IMG/VR virus record: IMGVR_UViG_3300005805_009498 | Coordinates: 1 to 64,000 of that record | DNA: 64,000 bases | Strand: one strand, 5' to 3' | Source of the DNA: a virus | Taxonomy: Duplodnaviria > Caudoviricetes | Shown here: piece after piece, positions 18,301-27,435 of the stretch | Numbering within the stretch: position 1 is the stretch's first letter | Layout: each line of letters starts with the position of its first letter | Made by a program: the position numbers and the translations under genes | Notes under the pieces: model-generated | Database searches by the model: none | The model's input: the letters and a program-made list of their open reading frames with translations, nothing else | Told to the model about the DNA's origin: nothing

Positions 18301-21300
18301 GTGCCAAAGATTGTCTTATTGAAAGTCCTGGAGAAATTTCTGTGTTATTTGAATTTTTGTTGGGTTGAACCCTAACTGGTATCTCGTCAAAAAAATCCAA
18401 ATCAATTACATTATAAAAAGAAAGTAATGATAGAGAAACCTTGTTGAAGTCTATCACCTGTAAACGATCGTTTAATAGGCTGGGTTCTCCGTTTCCGGAG
18501 AATTTTATGAGTACCCTTTCTTCCGATTCATCAACGAGAGAACGAATGTCAGGAACGCTGTATTGCGAATTGTTCCATCTTTCAACAGTAAGTGGGCTTC
18601 CGCTCTTCGATAGTATCTTTGAATCTTCAGACAATAGCGTTGAAAAGCTTGGTTCCGTCGAAAAAACCTTTAGGTTCGACATGGAATCCAAGTTATAGAT
18701 GTAATAGTTCGAAGATAGAACATCTTCCGACCTTTTTACTGTTAGAGGTTTTAGATTTGCCCCGTTTATTTCTGTTATGACTATTGATCTGTAAGGTGCA
18801 TACATTCCAACAGAAATGTTCGATTGACCCGATTCCGAATAAAGATAAAGGATCCCGTTAGAAACCAGAGATTTTAAAGGACAATCAACAAATCTTTGAA
18901 TAGCGATACTAACAGAAGTAGCCAGGGAATCAGACGCAGAATAATCAAAATACGTTACTTGGTTTTCCGAAACTTTGACCCTTAAAGCCTGATAATCGGT
19001 TTTTAACTTTCCTCCGTAAAAGGTCAAACGATAATTTCCCGTTTCTAAGGATTCTGCAGAAACAAATCTGAGCGGAATGTTTGATTGAAAGCTTTCGCTG
19101 TTTATTAATTCGTAAGAATCCAAATTTACGGGAAAATATTCGTTTGTGAATATCTCCAATTCTGTGTACAGATCAGTTGAAATAAGCGTGTTTGTAACTA
19201 TAGGTATTTCTATGATGGTTCCCGGTGTTTTTGTAACGTTGGGACTTGGGTTGTTTGACCTTATCACAGACCATCTTCTAGAGAATTCTCCGGTTTTCTC
19301 TTCTATTGTTATCCTGTCTCCGTATGATAGACTTTGTTCTCCTACATAATCATAGAATTTAAACGATATACCGGTGTATGGATCCTTTTGTGTTTTAACA
19401 GGAACATTTACGTTGGATTTTGTTCCTATTATAGAACCCAGATCGAAGGTCTTGGAATCCAAGTCCATTAAACCAACTATAGAATTCTTATAATTTAGGA
19501 AAGAGAATGATTTTATAGAAGATGCCTGATCCTTGGATTTTATAACAAATTTTCTATTCTTAGAATTTACTATCTTTGGACCAGGAATTGCTCCGTCTGT
19601 ATCAAACTCCGAAACGTTAATGAAAACCTCATCGGAATGATTGAACACCCCATCTGATTCCAACACATCGAAGAACACCTTTATGTAGGTATCTTCAACT
19701 ATAACCTTATTCGCAATAAGTATAGAATATGCCGAAGAATTCTTATCGAAAAGAACCAAACAATCATTAAACTTGGAATCTTGATCAACTATCGCAGATA
19801 TCCAATCCTGTATTTCGTTCCCTAATGAATCCTGTTTAGAAAGAACCAAACAACGAGATAACGAAGCCTCGGATGAATCGAACTTTATTAATCCCTGATT
19901 TAATTCAGAACCACCAGGGTACAGGTCGAATATCCTTATCCAGTAGTTTATGGAAGTAGAATAGGTTTCGTTCTCAACGAATTCAAGATTCATCAATTTC
20001 TTTTGAGCGTTATACGAGGATTTTTCTACGTTTAGGTACTTGACAAAATCACCATTATCAAGCTCGAGCCTAATCTGTGTTCCGGTTTGTAAAATATCAG
20101 AAATGTTCGTCTCGCTAAAAAAAGAAACCTTCAATGTTCTAGAAGCCTGACTTGTTTCTACTATTTCGATTTCATAACGAGAAGGTATGAGATTATCGTT
20201 AAAGTCTATGAGAGAGGGATTAGAAACAGAGAAATTTCTATCGGGTGTATCGTTAAGATCCACCACAAGTTTAACCCCGTCTGAATTTATTATGGTTGAA
20301 GAATTAAAATCGGAATTGCTCGAAGATCTTGTTTGTTTTTGTGTGAAAAGCGTTGTTGTCGAATCTACGTTAGGTATGAATCTAGAAAGCTCGATATCAT
20401 CGCAGTACATTCCAAAGTATTGATTTATTTCGTAGATCCCTGATTCAACATCATCGAACAGAAATTCTATGTTTAATAACTGAGGGTTAACAATCAATCC
20501 CCTGGAAAAACCGCTCGATAAGATCTCGTTGAATTCAAAATCTGATAAGCCATCTTGTATGTCAACACCTATAAATTCGGTGTGAGAAACCCAATACCCT
20601 GTTTCTACCGAAACCCCGTTCCATTTTAATTGGTAACCCTGATTTATCGAAACTTCAAGCGGAGGTTTGGAAAAGTTTTCGTTAGATATTAGATTGTTTA
20701 GATAAGGACCCAGCTCAGTAGACTGTATGTCTATCATTTTAACAAGGCTTGCTCCTTCAAGAAGATCTTTGCTATTATTGGTTGCGCTTCTTCTAAATAT
20801 GGCGAAATACGAAGGAATAGTATCCTTTAACCACAACGGAGCAAACATTCTAAAGGATTCTTGGGTTTCCCTGTTTATTGAAACCCCTGAATTAAAATCT
20901 GTTAGGTATTGCTCAGATAAATTTGTTGTAGATACTTCGTAGTCCTGATTTGGTAATTGATATATCGATGGTTTTGACAGTGTTGAACAAAATCTTGAAA
21001 TATCTTTTTCAAATCCAAGATTTGTGCACCGTCTTCTGTAACCTTGTTGTGAGTTTGAACTCGCAGAATATAGCTTATCCATGTAAAGTTCTCCCTCTGA
21101 ATTAACCTGAAGGGTTATCACAGAAGAAACCGGTATGAATGACCTAGATAGCTGTGATGTTTGTGCGTTTTTTATTCCCAACGGCGGTTGGTCTATCGTT
21201 TTTATAGGAGAATCAACAGGTTCAACTATGAATTCGTATTCTAAATTTTGTGTTATTCCCTGTTGAGATTCAAGCGAAATTGTTGCTGTTTGTCTCGAGT

Positions 21301-21820
21301 TCACAGAAACAGATGTTGAAACCTTTAAAAAATTCCTTATTTCAAACTCTGTAGAAAAAAAACAACGGTTTGTTATTTGTACTGGGTTGTTTTGGGTCGG
21401 AAGAGTACCGTTCAAAAATTTATTTAGAGAATCCTTCTCTATCAAAAATAGAGGAAATTCTCCGTTGTATCCTATGAAATCGACATATATCGAAAGATAC
21501 GATCCATCAGAAGAAAAAATGTAAAATCTCTTTCCCTTTTCATAAGCCTTAAAGGAAATATTTGACACACACAATTCTAGGTAATATTCCTCCGATTGTC
21601 CTTTCTTTGCATAAAGGGTGTTCTGTTTTATGAGAACAGAAGGTACACTGGGTACGGTAATATAAATGTTTCTTTCTGGACCGGGTCCTATCGTATTTTC
21701 AATCGAAAGGATTCCATAACTATCGTTAACGTTAACTTTGTAACTTAACTCGTTCCTACAAGAATTGTTGGAAACGGGTATGTAAAATGAATCTTGAAAT
21801 TTGTCTGTGTATATTTTCAT
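15317..21820 (-). CDS. Very large (2167 aa) putative baseplate/tail structural protein
   Basis: Uninterrupted ORF, beta-rich composition, tightly packed in the structural operon; no specific family recognised. Confidence 0.55.
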   Translation of the reverse strand: MKIYTDKFQDSFYIPVSNNSCRNELSYKVNVNDSYGILSIENTIGPGPERNIYITVPSVPSVLIKQNTLYAKKGQSEEYYLELCVSNISFKAYEKGKRFYIFSSDGSYLSIYVDFIGYNGEFPLFLIEKDSLNKFLNGTLPTQNNPVQITNRCFFSTEFEIRNFLKVSTSVSVNSRQTATISLESQQGITQNLEYEFIVEPVDSPIKTIDQPPLGIKNAQTSQLSRSFIPVSSVITLQVNSEGELYMDKLYSASSNSQQGYRRRCTNLGFEKDISRFCSTLSKPSIYQLPNQDYEVSTTNLSEQYLTDFNSGVSINRETQESFRMFAPLWLKDTIPSYFAIFRRSATNNSKDLLEGASLVKMIDIQSTELGPYLNNLISNENFSKPPLEVSINQGYQLKWNGVSVETGYWVSHTEFIGVDIQDGLSDFEFNEILSSGFSRGLIVNPQLLNIEFLFDDVESGIYEINQYFGMYCDDIELSRFIPNVDSTTTLFTQKQTRSSSNSDFNSSTIINSDGVKLVVDLNDTPDRNFSVSNPSLIDFNDNLIPSRYEIEIVETSQASRTLKVSFFSETNISDILQTGTQIRLELDNGDFVKYLNVEKSSYNAQKKLMNLEFVENETYSTSINYWIRIFDLYPGGSELNQGLIKFDSSEASLSRCLVLSKQDSLGNEIQDWISAIVDQDSKFNDCLVLFDKNSSAYSILIANKVIVEDTYIKVFFDVLESDGVFNHSDEVFINVSEFDTDGAIPGPKIVNSKNRKFVIKSKDQASSIKSFSFLNYKNSIVGLMDLDSKTFDLGSIIGTKSNVNVPVKTQKDPYTGISFKFYDYVGEQSLSYGDRITIEEKTGEFSRRWSVIRSNNPSPNVTKTPGTIIEIPIVTNTLISTDLYTELEIFTNEYFPVNLDSYELINSESFQSNIPLRFVSAESLETGNYRLTFYGGKLKTDYQALRVKVSENQVTYFDYSASDSLATSVSIAIQRFVDCPLKSLVSNGILYLYSESGQSNISVGMYAPYRSIVITEINGANLKPLTVKRSEDVLSSNYYIYNLDSMSNLKVFSTEPSFSTLLSEDSKILSKSGSPLTVERWNNSQYSVPDIRSLVDESEERVLIKFSGNGEPSLLNDRLQVIDFNKVSLSLLSFYNVIDLDFFDEIPVRVQPNKNSNNTEISPGLSIRQSLAPEATILSSPFSANGTSQQKNLKLSVNIAENIYTEWRNWDPQKEPDFLDQNKRKQRGTNVVENSQFPFVWNILKSPNQFKIQYLNKDKQWVDYQISYPTVTTTTDFYISDYFLNYDYNASEMWSVDIVYGKPPVGSAGGGFDLQAVMNALISFMYQLPADEKRLRVFSEIKRLVSFAFNKLGQQNIDKTSNSGTYVYTTILPIDDDHLDYRYTTNLEQGTYSVVIESDDQSAQPESDPIELGFNGITEETSITNFATSTQSVNNKLENTSGRWKRRNTVNVDMAPYLINVDPNLLPYDMFVNATESGISKTAFSLDWYLISGWPKFYPLQEVEKTYEYIGKRISIDDLKSTTYDYFTDYLTVGYGEEVFSGGAQREKRFLWTTIEQGNTGYTTTFKGIPLVFDSKINISGSKFAAILQVEPELDKPSKISLIYNEVWKTLTLFVQINVDSYSIDGSISLQQLYDLRFNYENTESGKIYGPMMVYGSDILEFSKVNRAYNEDETVLINTPSEGDDQNEYNQYQYKNVKIIKYDNRQKDIEIFGVKYFPNVDYIVSGTVFSGSGQELKIDIVIPRSRVRGVFDPELQKERLFIDGIYSDNFFGVISDVDRTLAVTYVNYSENNVISIGGKTTFIQKAKVYAIGDWPIYLDTLNSITANSIISRMNLMDFDDILVNLNTDEAKSKIKISYLNPSVIRPTKIKEANLDEFGNVNIRERESNTNIFRLDGEFEPSYKNIVSFAASEDVSITKQVLNSFKGYNTYVLQVNPLSIWYKRVSEKGVNFGTINMNGKLLKLPYAIGRRNFSPITDVWGSDFYVMAEDEFVDVPIEGIKDPVDHKFFLASKSMSVPTFFRTNTYSCLDFSVPSNSSESAVFYSSIGTGLKIHIDFDRVISDHLFNSGVFSFFSSIWEELNTTLSPYEISKEYINRNLLYRYSVESIEVYERPFSRTEVVSIEASPESEGFKMVDSIGIQESRSFDFDIPVDGTKQILLAFNIKRR

Positions 21821-21821
21821 T

Positions 21822-24800
21822 TTACGATTGTGTTGATGTTACTGTTGTTGTAGTATATTCTGTCACCGTTTGTGCGGTGTACGATGCGTTAACGATGAAA
21901 TCAAAAGAGAACGTAGGTTCTCCTTTTATCGATATGTCCATTCCTAATCCCCTGACATAGGTTAAGTTTGCTATGACTCCGTTTAGTGCTCCTCCGACGT
22001 TTCCTAAATAATCGACCATCCTGTATTGAAAAACCACAGGTATTGTAATTTGATTCTCGGATCCAAAATCCAATTCTACAGAAGAATCCAAACCTGTTCC
22101 CTTAACCTTTATAGCCTCCATGCTAGGAGCCTCCACGAACAAATAGGATCCAACCGTATTTGAACCTATGAGATATCTATCATTCTGGTAGAACGATTGT
22201 TTCATAGGATAAGGCCAATTAGATCCAACAATGGTGGAAAAATCTGAGTAAGAAGCCTGTGGAGAAGGAAGGTTATTTATTGGAGAAGAGGTGAATGTAG
22301 AAGCATGATAAAACTGAGGGTACCTAAAGGGAGCGTTTGACGCCAGAGAAGGGTTTGTATTGTTTAGATTTTGAGAATTGAAGTATTGATCAATAGTCAA
22401 TGAAGATGCCGTTTGCAAATTAGGTTGGTTTGCACCATCTACAACTCTAATGAACTTCACAGCAGGGTGATCTATGCTTACGCAAAAGTTGCTTAACGCT
22501 CCCCCGCCTAGTGGCTTTAGATATTGTATTCCGTTTATGGTAACTGTATTTGTTGTATCAAATGTTCCGTTCCAAACCTTTGTGTTTGCTGTCCCTGATG
22601 AGGTCGGTTTTAACAATTGTGCGTTTGTAAAATACCTTGTTCCACCGTTGGCTGCTACATTTCTAACGTAGATGAATTGCCCTGCCTGTTGACGAGACTG
22701 GAAAGGAACAGGTTGCATTGCAACGTTTTCTACATCATAGAAATTTGCTTTTCCCCTTTGAGGTGCGATCGCCAATCCAATAGGAGCTATATCGTACTGT
22801 TTTTGTGCATAGTCCGATGGAACTTGTATTCCCTTGAATGTAGATAAAATAGAAACCGGGGTTCTTGGAAGAAGATCTGTTAGAAGACCCGGGAATTGTG
22901 ATATGAGCTGAAGAGGAGTGGCCGAAGTGTTATCAATAATAACATCGTATCTCTTTGTTATTATTGCACCTGCTCTTTCGGTAGAAGGAACCGCCTTTAG
23001 ATCCTCTGTGTAAAAACCCGAGTTTACCTTTATAGTAGCGCCGTTTGAAACGGTTGTTATGTTTCCAAAAGGATCTTTGATCCTAACCCTTAGTGTGCCT
23101 CTCGCGCTCTCTATCTTGGTCTGTAACGCAGTTATTTTTTCTTCTAGTTCACGAATCTTTTGGTTTATAGTTACCAACGAGGACCCTGTTAAGCTGTAAT
23201 ATATCGAGTCTCCGGAGTGGGCTATGTATGAACTGCCTACCTGTTGCACCTGTTGTAGGTGTTGGTTTATTCCAAGGTTTGTTATTGTATCTTGCAATCC
23301 CTGTTGGGCAAGCCTTGTTTGTATTGAGTTAACCAGGTTTGCTAAATCTGGACTGACCAACGAATCTGGAAAATCAACTATTATGCTTGAAGAAAAATCG
23401 CTCTCTAACGGATTAGATGGCCATCCTGCTTCTGATATACTTGCTACCTGTATCTCTAACCTCTCACCCTGGGTTATTGCAAGGTTTAACTGTTGTGTGT
23501 TTACCTGATTAGGGTCCTGTATATCGCTTCCTGTCCAAACTACCCTTCCATCGGGAAGAACCGTTTTTGTTCTTGGCTTAGTTACGAACTCTTCATATCT
23601 AGAAAAATAAGCAGAGGTGTCAGCGCCGGACGTGGTTGTGAAAGGTATCTGTCTTGCAGATGCAACAGAATCGTTAACAGGAAGATACCTGTACTTTACC
23701 CTGAACGCAACTATTTCTTCTTTTCTACCGCTTGTCGATGTTGTGGCGGTAGGTATTTCCCAAAAACCGAACACTGAATACTTTGCATTCGTTGTAGACA
23801 GGTTGGGGTTTTGGTTTATGAAATTCTGTGCGCGCGTTAACAGACCCGCATTTTGTTCGTTCAACGAATCTATTTGCGACTGTAAGCTCTTCTTTGATGA
23901 TTGATAGGATTGAACCTGGGAAGTAGAAAGATTTGCGTTCGAAGTAAGTATCGAATTTATCTTGTTTATTTCCGAACCAAGGCTCGATATAGTCCTATCG
24001 TTTATCTGTATCTGGTTGTAAATCTGATTTATCTCTTGTTCAGATTTTACTCCCTCCAACTGATCGTTTAATCTTTGAACGGTAAAATTTTGAGGAAGTA
24101 TCTGAGGAGGAGAAGGCTTGGTACCAGTTAGTATGCTTACCCTCTTTTCCCTCGCCTGCGCCAATAATTCTTCGCTGAGATCCACAACACGTGTGTTATA
24201 AAAATCGGTTATTGTTTGATTTCCTGCTGCAGTTTGATAAAAAAGTTCGTTGCTGTAAAAAGCTACGCCAGGAGACCATTCCGAAGACATGATGTTATCG
24301 AATATCGGTTTCATGAAGATTATCTGATACTCGTCCACCGTTATAGGAACAGAAATTATCTGTGAGTTGTAGAGCTCGCTCTGTATGCTAAGTTCATCTA
24401 CTCCTATGGCGATTACGTCCTCGCCCTGTAGCCTCTTTAGTGTTACAACGTTTGTCGTAGAATCCACCTCTTGGACAGCGAACGTAGATGCTCCTTTCAC
24501 CAATACATCTCCGGGTTTCAACGTCTGATTTGATCTTATCCTTGATATGCTATCGGTGTAAGATAAAGAAGAAAAGGTGTATCTTCTTGTGTTTGATTGA
24601 CCTGATACCTGTTCAAGTACTTGAGTTACCGTAAAGTTTCCAAAGTAGCGAGGGGTAGATAAAGGTAGATCTATAGTTTCATCGTCGATACTAAAGTTTA
24701 TTATTCCGTCTGTCAGAAATATAACGGTTTCATCGAACGCGAGATCCGGTCGATTTCTAAAGTTATTATTGAATATAGTTTGTTTATCAACAGAGTCTAT

Positions 24801-25274
24801 GTTAAGTATCAGTCTTCTAACCATCACCTTTTTTACAGACGAATCGATCTTTCCTGTTAGATCAAATCTAACAACCATCTGCGGTGATACCAAATTGTTA
24901 AAGAAGTAATTGTCCCTAGGAACAAAGTTTGTTGGCACAGTCAAAGAATTTATACGACGAGGGGCCGGATTTAAATTTACAGCTATTACCTTCTGATAAC
25001 TTCCGTCCTGCTGTCTAACCAAAACATCTGTTTGACCTATTCCCGCAAGCTGATTTATGTTGTTATTTAGTCTCTTTAGTTCGTTGTTTATGTAACCCAA
25101 GGAAGGTATAGTAAGGCTAGAAACCTGACTATTTTCTAAAGTCAACTGCACATCTATAGATTCGCTTGATGTACTCGCAGTAAGAGCAAGAGTGTTCAAT
25201 ATCTCTATTGCATTCTTGTTTATTCTTGTTAGTTCTGCTATGAAACTATTTGAGCTATTGAATACTGCGGACAT
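21822..25274 (-). CDS. Putative structural protein (1150 aa) with internal coiled coils
   Basis: Long ORF in the structural operon; Q/S/N-rich coiled-coil segments. Confidence 0.55.
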   Translation of the reverse strand: MSAVFNSSNSFIAELTRINKNAIEILNTLALTASTSSESIDVQLTLENSQVSSLTIPSLGYINNELKRLNNNINQLAGIGQTDVLVRQQDGSYQKVIAVNLNPAPRRINSLTVPTNFVPRDNYFFNNLVSPQMVVRFDLTGKIDSSVKKVMVRRLILNIDSVDKQTIFNNNFRNRPDLAFDETVIFLTDGIINFSIDDETIDLPLSTPRYFGNFTVTQVLEQVSGQSNTRRYTFSSLSYTDSISRIRSNQTLKPGDVLVKGASTFAVQEVDSTTNVVTLKRLQGEDVIAIGVDELSIQSELYNSQIISVPITVDEYQIIFMKPIFDNIMSSEWSPGVAFYSNELFYQTAAGNQTITDFYNTRVVDLSEELLAQAREKRVSILTGTKPSPPQILPQNFTVQRLNDQLEGVKSEQEINQIYNQIQINDRTISSLGSEINKINSILTSNANLSTSQVQSYQSSKKSLQSQIDSLNEQNAGLLTRAQNFINQNPNLSTTNAKYSVFGFWEIPTATTSTSGRKEEIVAFRVKYRYLPVNDSVASARQIPFTTTSGADTSAYFSRYEEFVTKPRTKTVLPDGRVVWTGSDIQDPNQVNTQQLNLAITQGERLEIQVASISEAGWPSNPLESDFSSSIIVDFPDSLVSPDLANLVNSIQTRLAQQGLQDTITNLGINQHLQQVQQVGSSYIAHSGDSIYYSLTGSSLVTINQKIRELEEKITALQTKIESARGTLRVRIKDPFGNITTVSNGATIKVNSGFYTEDLKAVPSTERAGAIITKRYDVIIDNTSATPLQLISQFPGLLTDLLPRTPVSILSTFKGIQVPSDYAQKQYDIAPIGLAIAPQRGKANFYDVENVAMQPVPFQSRQQAGQFIYVRNVAANGGTRYFTNAQLLKPTSSGTANTKVWNGTFDTTNTVTINGIQYLKPLGGGALSNFCVSIDHPAVKFIRVVDGANQPNLQTASSLTIDQYFNSQNLNNTNPSLASNAPFRYPQFYHASTFTSSPINNLPSPQASYSDFSTIVGSNWPYPMKQSFYQNDRYLIGSNTVGSYLFVEAPSMEAIKVKGTGLDSSVELDFGSENQITIPVVFQYRMVDYLGNVGGALNGVIANLTYVRGLGMDISIKGEPTFSFDFIVNASYTAQTVTEYTTTTVTSTQS

Positions 25275-25275
25275 A

Positions 25276-27417
25276 TTATCTAATTTTTTCGGTATTGAAA
25301 GTAAATGTGTTCTTATCCAAACAAACTATTTCGATGTATGGTGTGTTTCCTGAGAGCGCAAAGCTGTTAGCATCAAAAGATCCTACAACTACGCTATACG
25401 GTGAGCTAGCGCCAGATTTGTTTGACGCATCTGTCAATATGGTGAACTTTCTATCAAACAGGGTTGATGTCTTCAAGAGATTCACCGGTGTAGAAAAACA
25501 AACCCTTATCACCTGACCGGTTTCGAAATCGTTTTGCGAATCATCTATCAATAAAACCATATCTAGGTTTGGTTCGAACACTGCATTATTTGCTGTTTTA
25601 AAAAGCAAGTAGTTTGTTCCAGTCGTTAGACTTGCGTTGTAATTGTAAGATGTCGGCGTCTGACTATATTGCTCTAAATCGATGAAAGGCTTAGACGCAT
25701 CAAAATTATAACCCTCTCTGGTGTTGTTTATAAACACCTTTCCTCCCTGTTTTAGTATGGAAATTCCAGGACCAGATTTTAAAACGTCTGTGTTATATTG
25801 AACCTCTACACTTGATTTATTGTTGTAGATGTTTAATATTTCCTGGTAGTTTCTATTTATCAGTTCAACAAGCGCCTTTGAATTTGTAAAATATGCCTGT
25901 GATGTCAAATACTGATCCTCAAGTGTTGTCACCCTTGAATCAAGGGAGTCTATCGAACTTTGGGTTATCATCAGATCTTTTGTTTCATCGATCTGTTTTT
26001 GTAAATTAGAGACGTCTGCTATTTGCGTTAAAAGGAGATCGCTTGCGTTACGAAGTTCTGTCAATGCATCGCTAAAAAGCTGCATAGAGAACGTATTGTA
26101 ATCGTTTATGCTTGCCTGAACTGAGGTATCCTCGACGTTTGTGTCAAGTCTAAGATTTATCCTAAACCCGTAAGAATTTCCATTCATGTTGGTATTCTTA
26201 TTTGGTTTGTATTTTGTAAATCTTGGAATGAACGCGCCAGAGGTTGACGATTGAACATCATCAAGGAATAAAACCCCGTACAGATTTGTTGCCCTTTCGT
26301 TTGGATCTGATTGGGAAACAATATCATAGTAAACTAGAACCGCATTAAAATCAAACGTCACGCTTCCTGTGGTAACGTTAAATTGCTGCCATGCGTTTAT
26401 CGCATTGTTCTGTACTGCCTGTTGGTAGTTAGAAAGACCAAAATCTATTCCTATTCCATCTAGTCTGCTACGTCTAAAATAAACGTCCTCTCCTGCCATT
26501 GATCCCAGACCGGTGATTCTAAGATCGTCGTTTCTTGGATCGTTTAATCTTATTGGTTCCAACAAGTAGCTGTTGTTATTAGGGAAAGACCACCACCATT
26601 CGTCGTTTACATAAAGTCCGTTGGAATCCTTTTTTGCCAATTGATATGTTGGTTCTTCATATGCTCCCTCGGAATCATAATAAGCCCTAAAATCCAATCC
26701 TGCCGGTTGTGTGTCTTCCGCTGTTCTCCCTGATATGTAAACGGAATCTATAGGGTTGGTTGCATTATATTGAAAAACCGCATTTGCCCCGTAGTTTAAA
26801 TCCTTTGTATCGCTCTTTAGAAGAACATAAGGAGAACTTCCTGTTTCTGTGGGTATGTGAATGTAAATCTCAGCCTGGGTGTTTCCTTGAAACTTCGATG
26901 TATTCGTTATATCGATGTCACCAACGTATTTTATCACCCGTGAATAAAAAGAGGTTTCGTCCTCTTCTACAAACCTTTGACCCACGTTTGTGCTGTTCGT
27001 TGAGGTTTCCGAAGAATTTGCTTCCCTAAACCTAACAGCTCCTATCTCTTTAAGCCATTTAAAGAATACTCTCTCGGAAACTGTTGGAAGTTTTGTAGAG
27101 TCGTAATTGGGATCGCTTGTTATTAGGGTTTCTAAATTAAGCGCATAGTTCTGAAAGGATTCCGCAAAGGCTATGTTAGGGTCGTTAGAGGTATCGTAGA
27201 CCTTAGAAAAAGCCCCTGGGATTGATCTCAGTTGTATGTAATTTTCATCGTTATTTGGTAAAGCGATGTTTGGTATGTTGAGTAATGCGAACTTTGAGAA
27301 CGATATGTTATAGTTCGGATTTGTGAACGTAAAACTAAGGTCCTCGACGCACGAAGGAAAGGTATAGAACGTTCCTCCTTGTACTCTTATGGGTCTTATA
27401 AAGGGTGCTACTGCCAT
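25276..27417 (-). CDS. Putative structural protein (713 aa)
   Basis: Long ORF preceded by an AATATATAA motif; central coiled coil. Confidence 0.55.
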   Translation of the reverse strand: MAVAPFIRPIRVQGGTFYTFPSCVEDLSFTFTNPNYNISFSKFALLNIPNIALPNNDENYIQLRSIPGAFSKVYDTSNDPNIAFAESFQNYALNLETLITSDPNYDSTKLPTVSERVFFKWLKEIGAVRFREANSSETSTNSTNVGQRFVEEDETSFYSRVIKYVGDIDITNTSKFQGNTQAEIYIHIPTETGSSPYVLLKSDTKDLNYGANAVFQYNATNPIDSVYISGRTAEDTQPAGLDFRAYYDSEGAYEEPTYQLAKKDSNGLYVNDEWWWSFPNNNSYLLEPIRLNDPRNDDLRITGLGSMAGEDVYFRRSRLDGIGIDFGLSNYQQAVQNNAINAWQQFNVTTGSVTFDFNAVLVYYDIVSQSDPNERATNLYGVLFLDDVQSSTSGAFIPRFTKYKPNKNTNMNGNSYGFRINLRLDTNVEDTSVQASINDYNTFSMQLFSDALTELRNASDLLLTQIADVSNLQKQIDETKDLMITQSSIDSLDSRVTTLEDQYLTSQAYFTNSKALVELINRNYQEILNIYNNKSSVEVQYNTDVLKSGPGISILKQGGKVFINNTREGYNFDASKPFIDLEQYSQTPTSYNYNASLTTGTNYLLFKTANNAVFEPNLDMVLLIDDSQNDFETGQVIRVCFSTPVNLLKTSTLFDRKFTILTDASNKSGASSPYSVVVGSFDANSFALSGNTPYIEIVCLDKNTFTFNTEKIR

Positions 27418-27424
27418 GTATGTC

Positions 27425-27433
27425 TTATATATT
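27425..27433 (-). promoter_or_regulatory. Candidate late-promoter variant AATATATAA
   Basis: In an 18-bp intergenic gap, 7 nt upstream of the ATG at 27417. Confidence 0.45.
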
Positions 27434-27435
27434 TC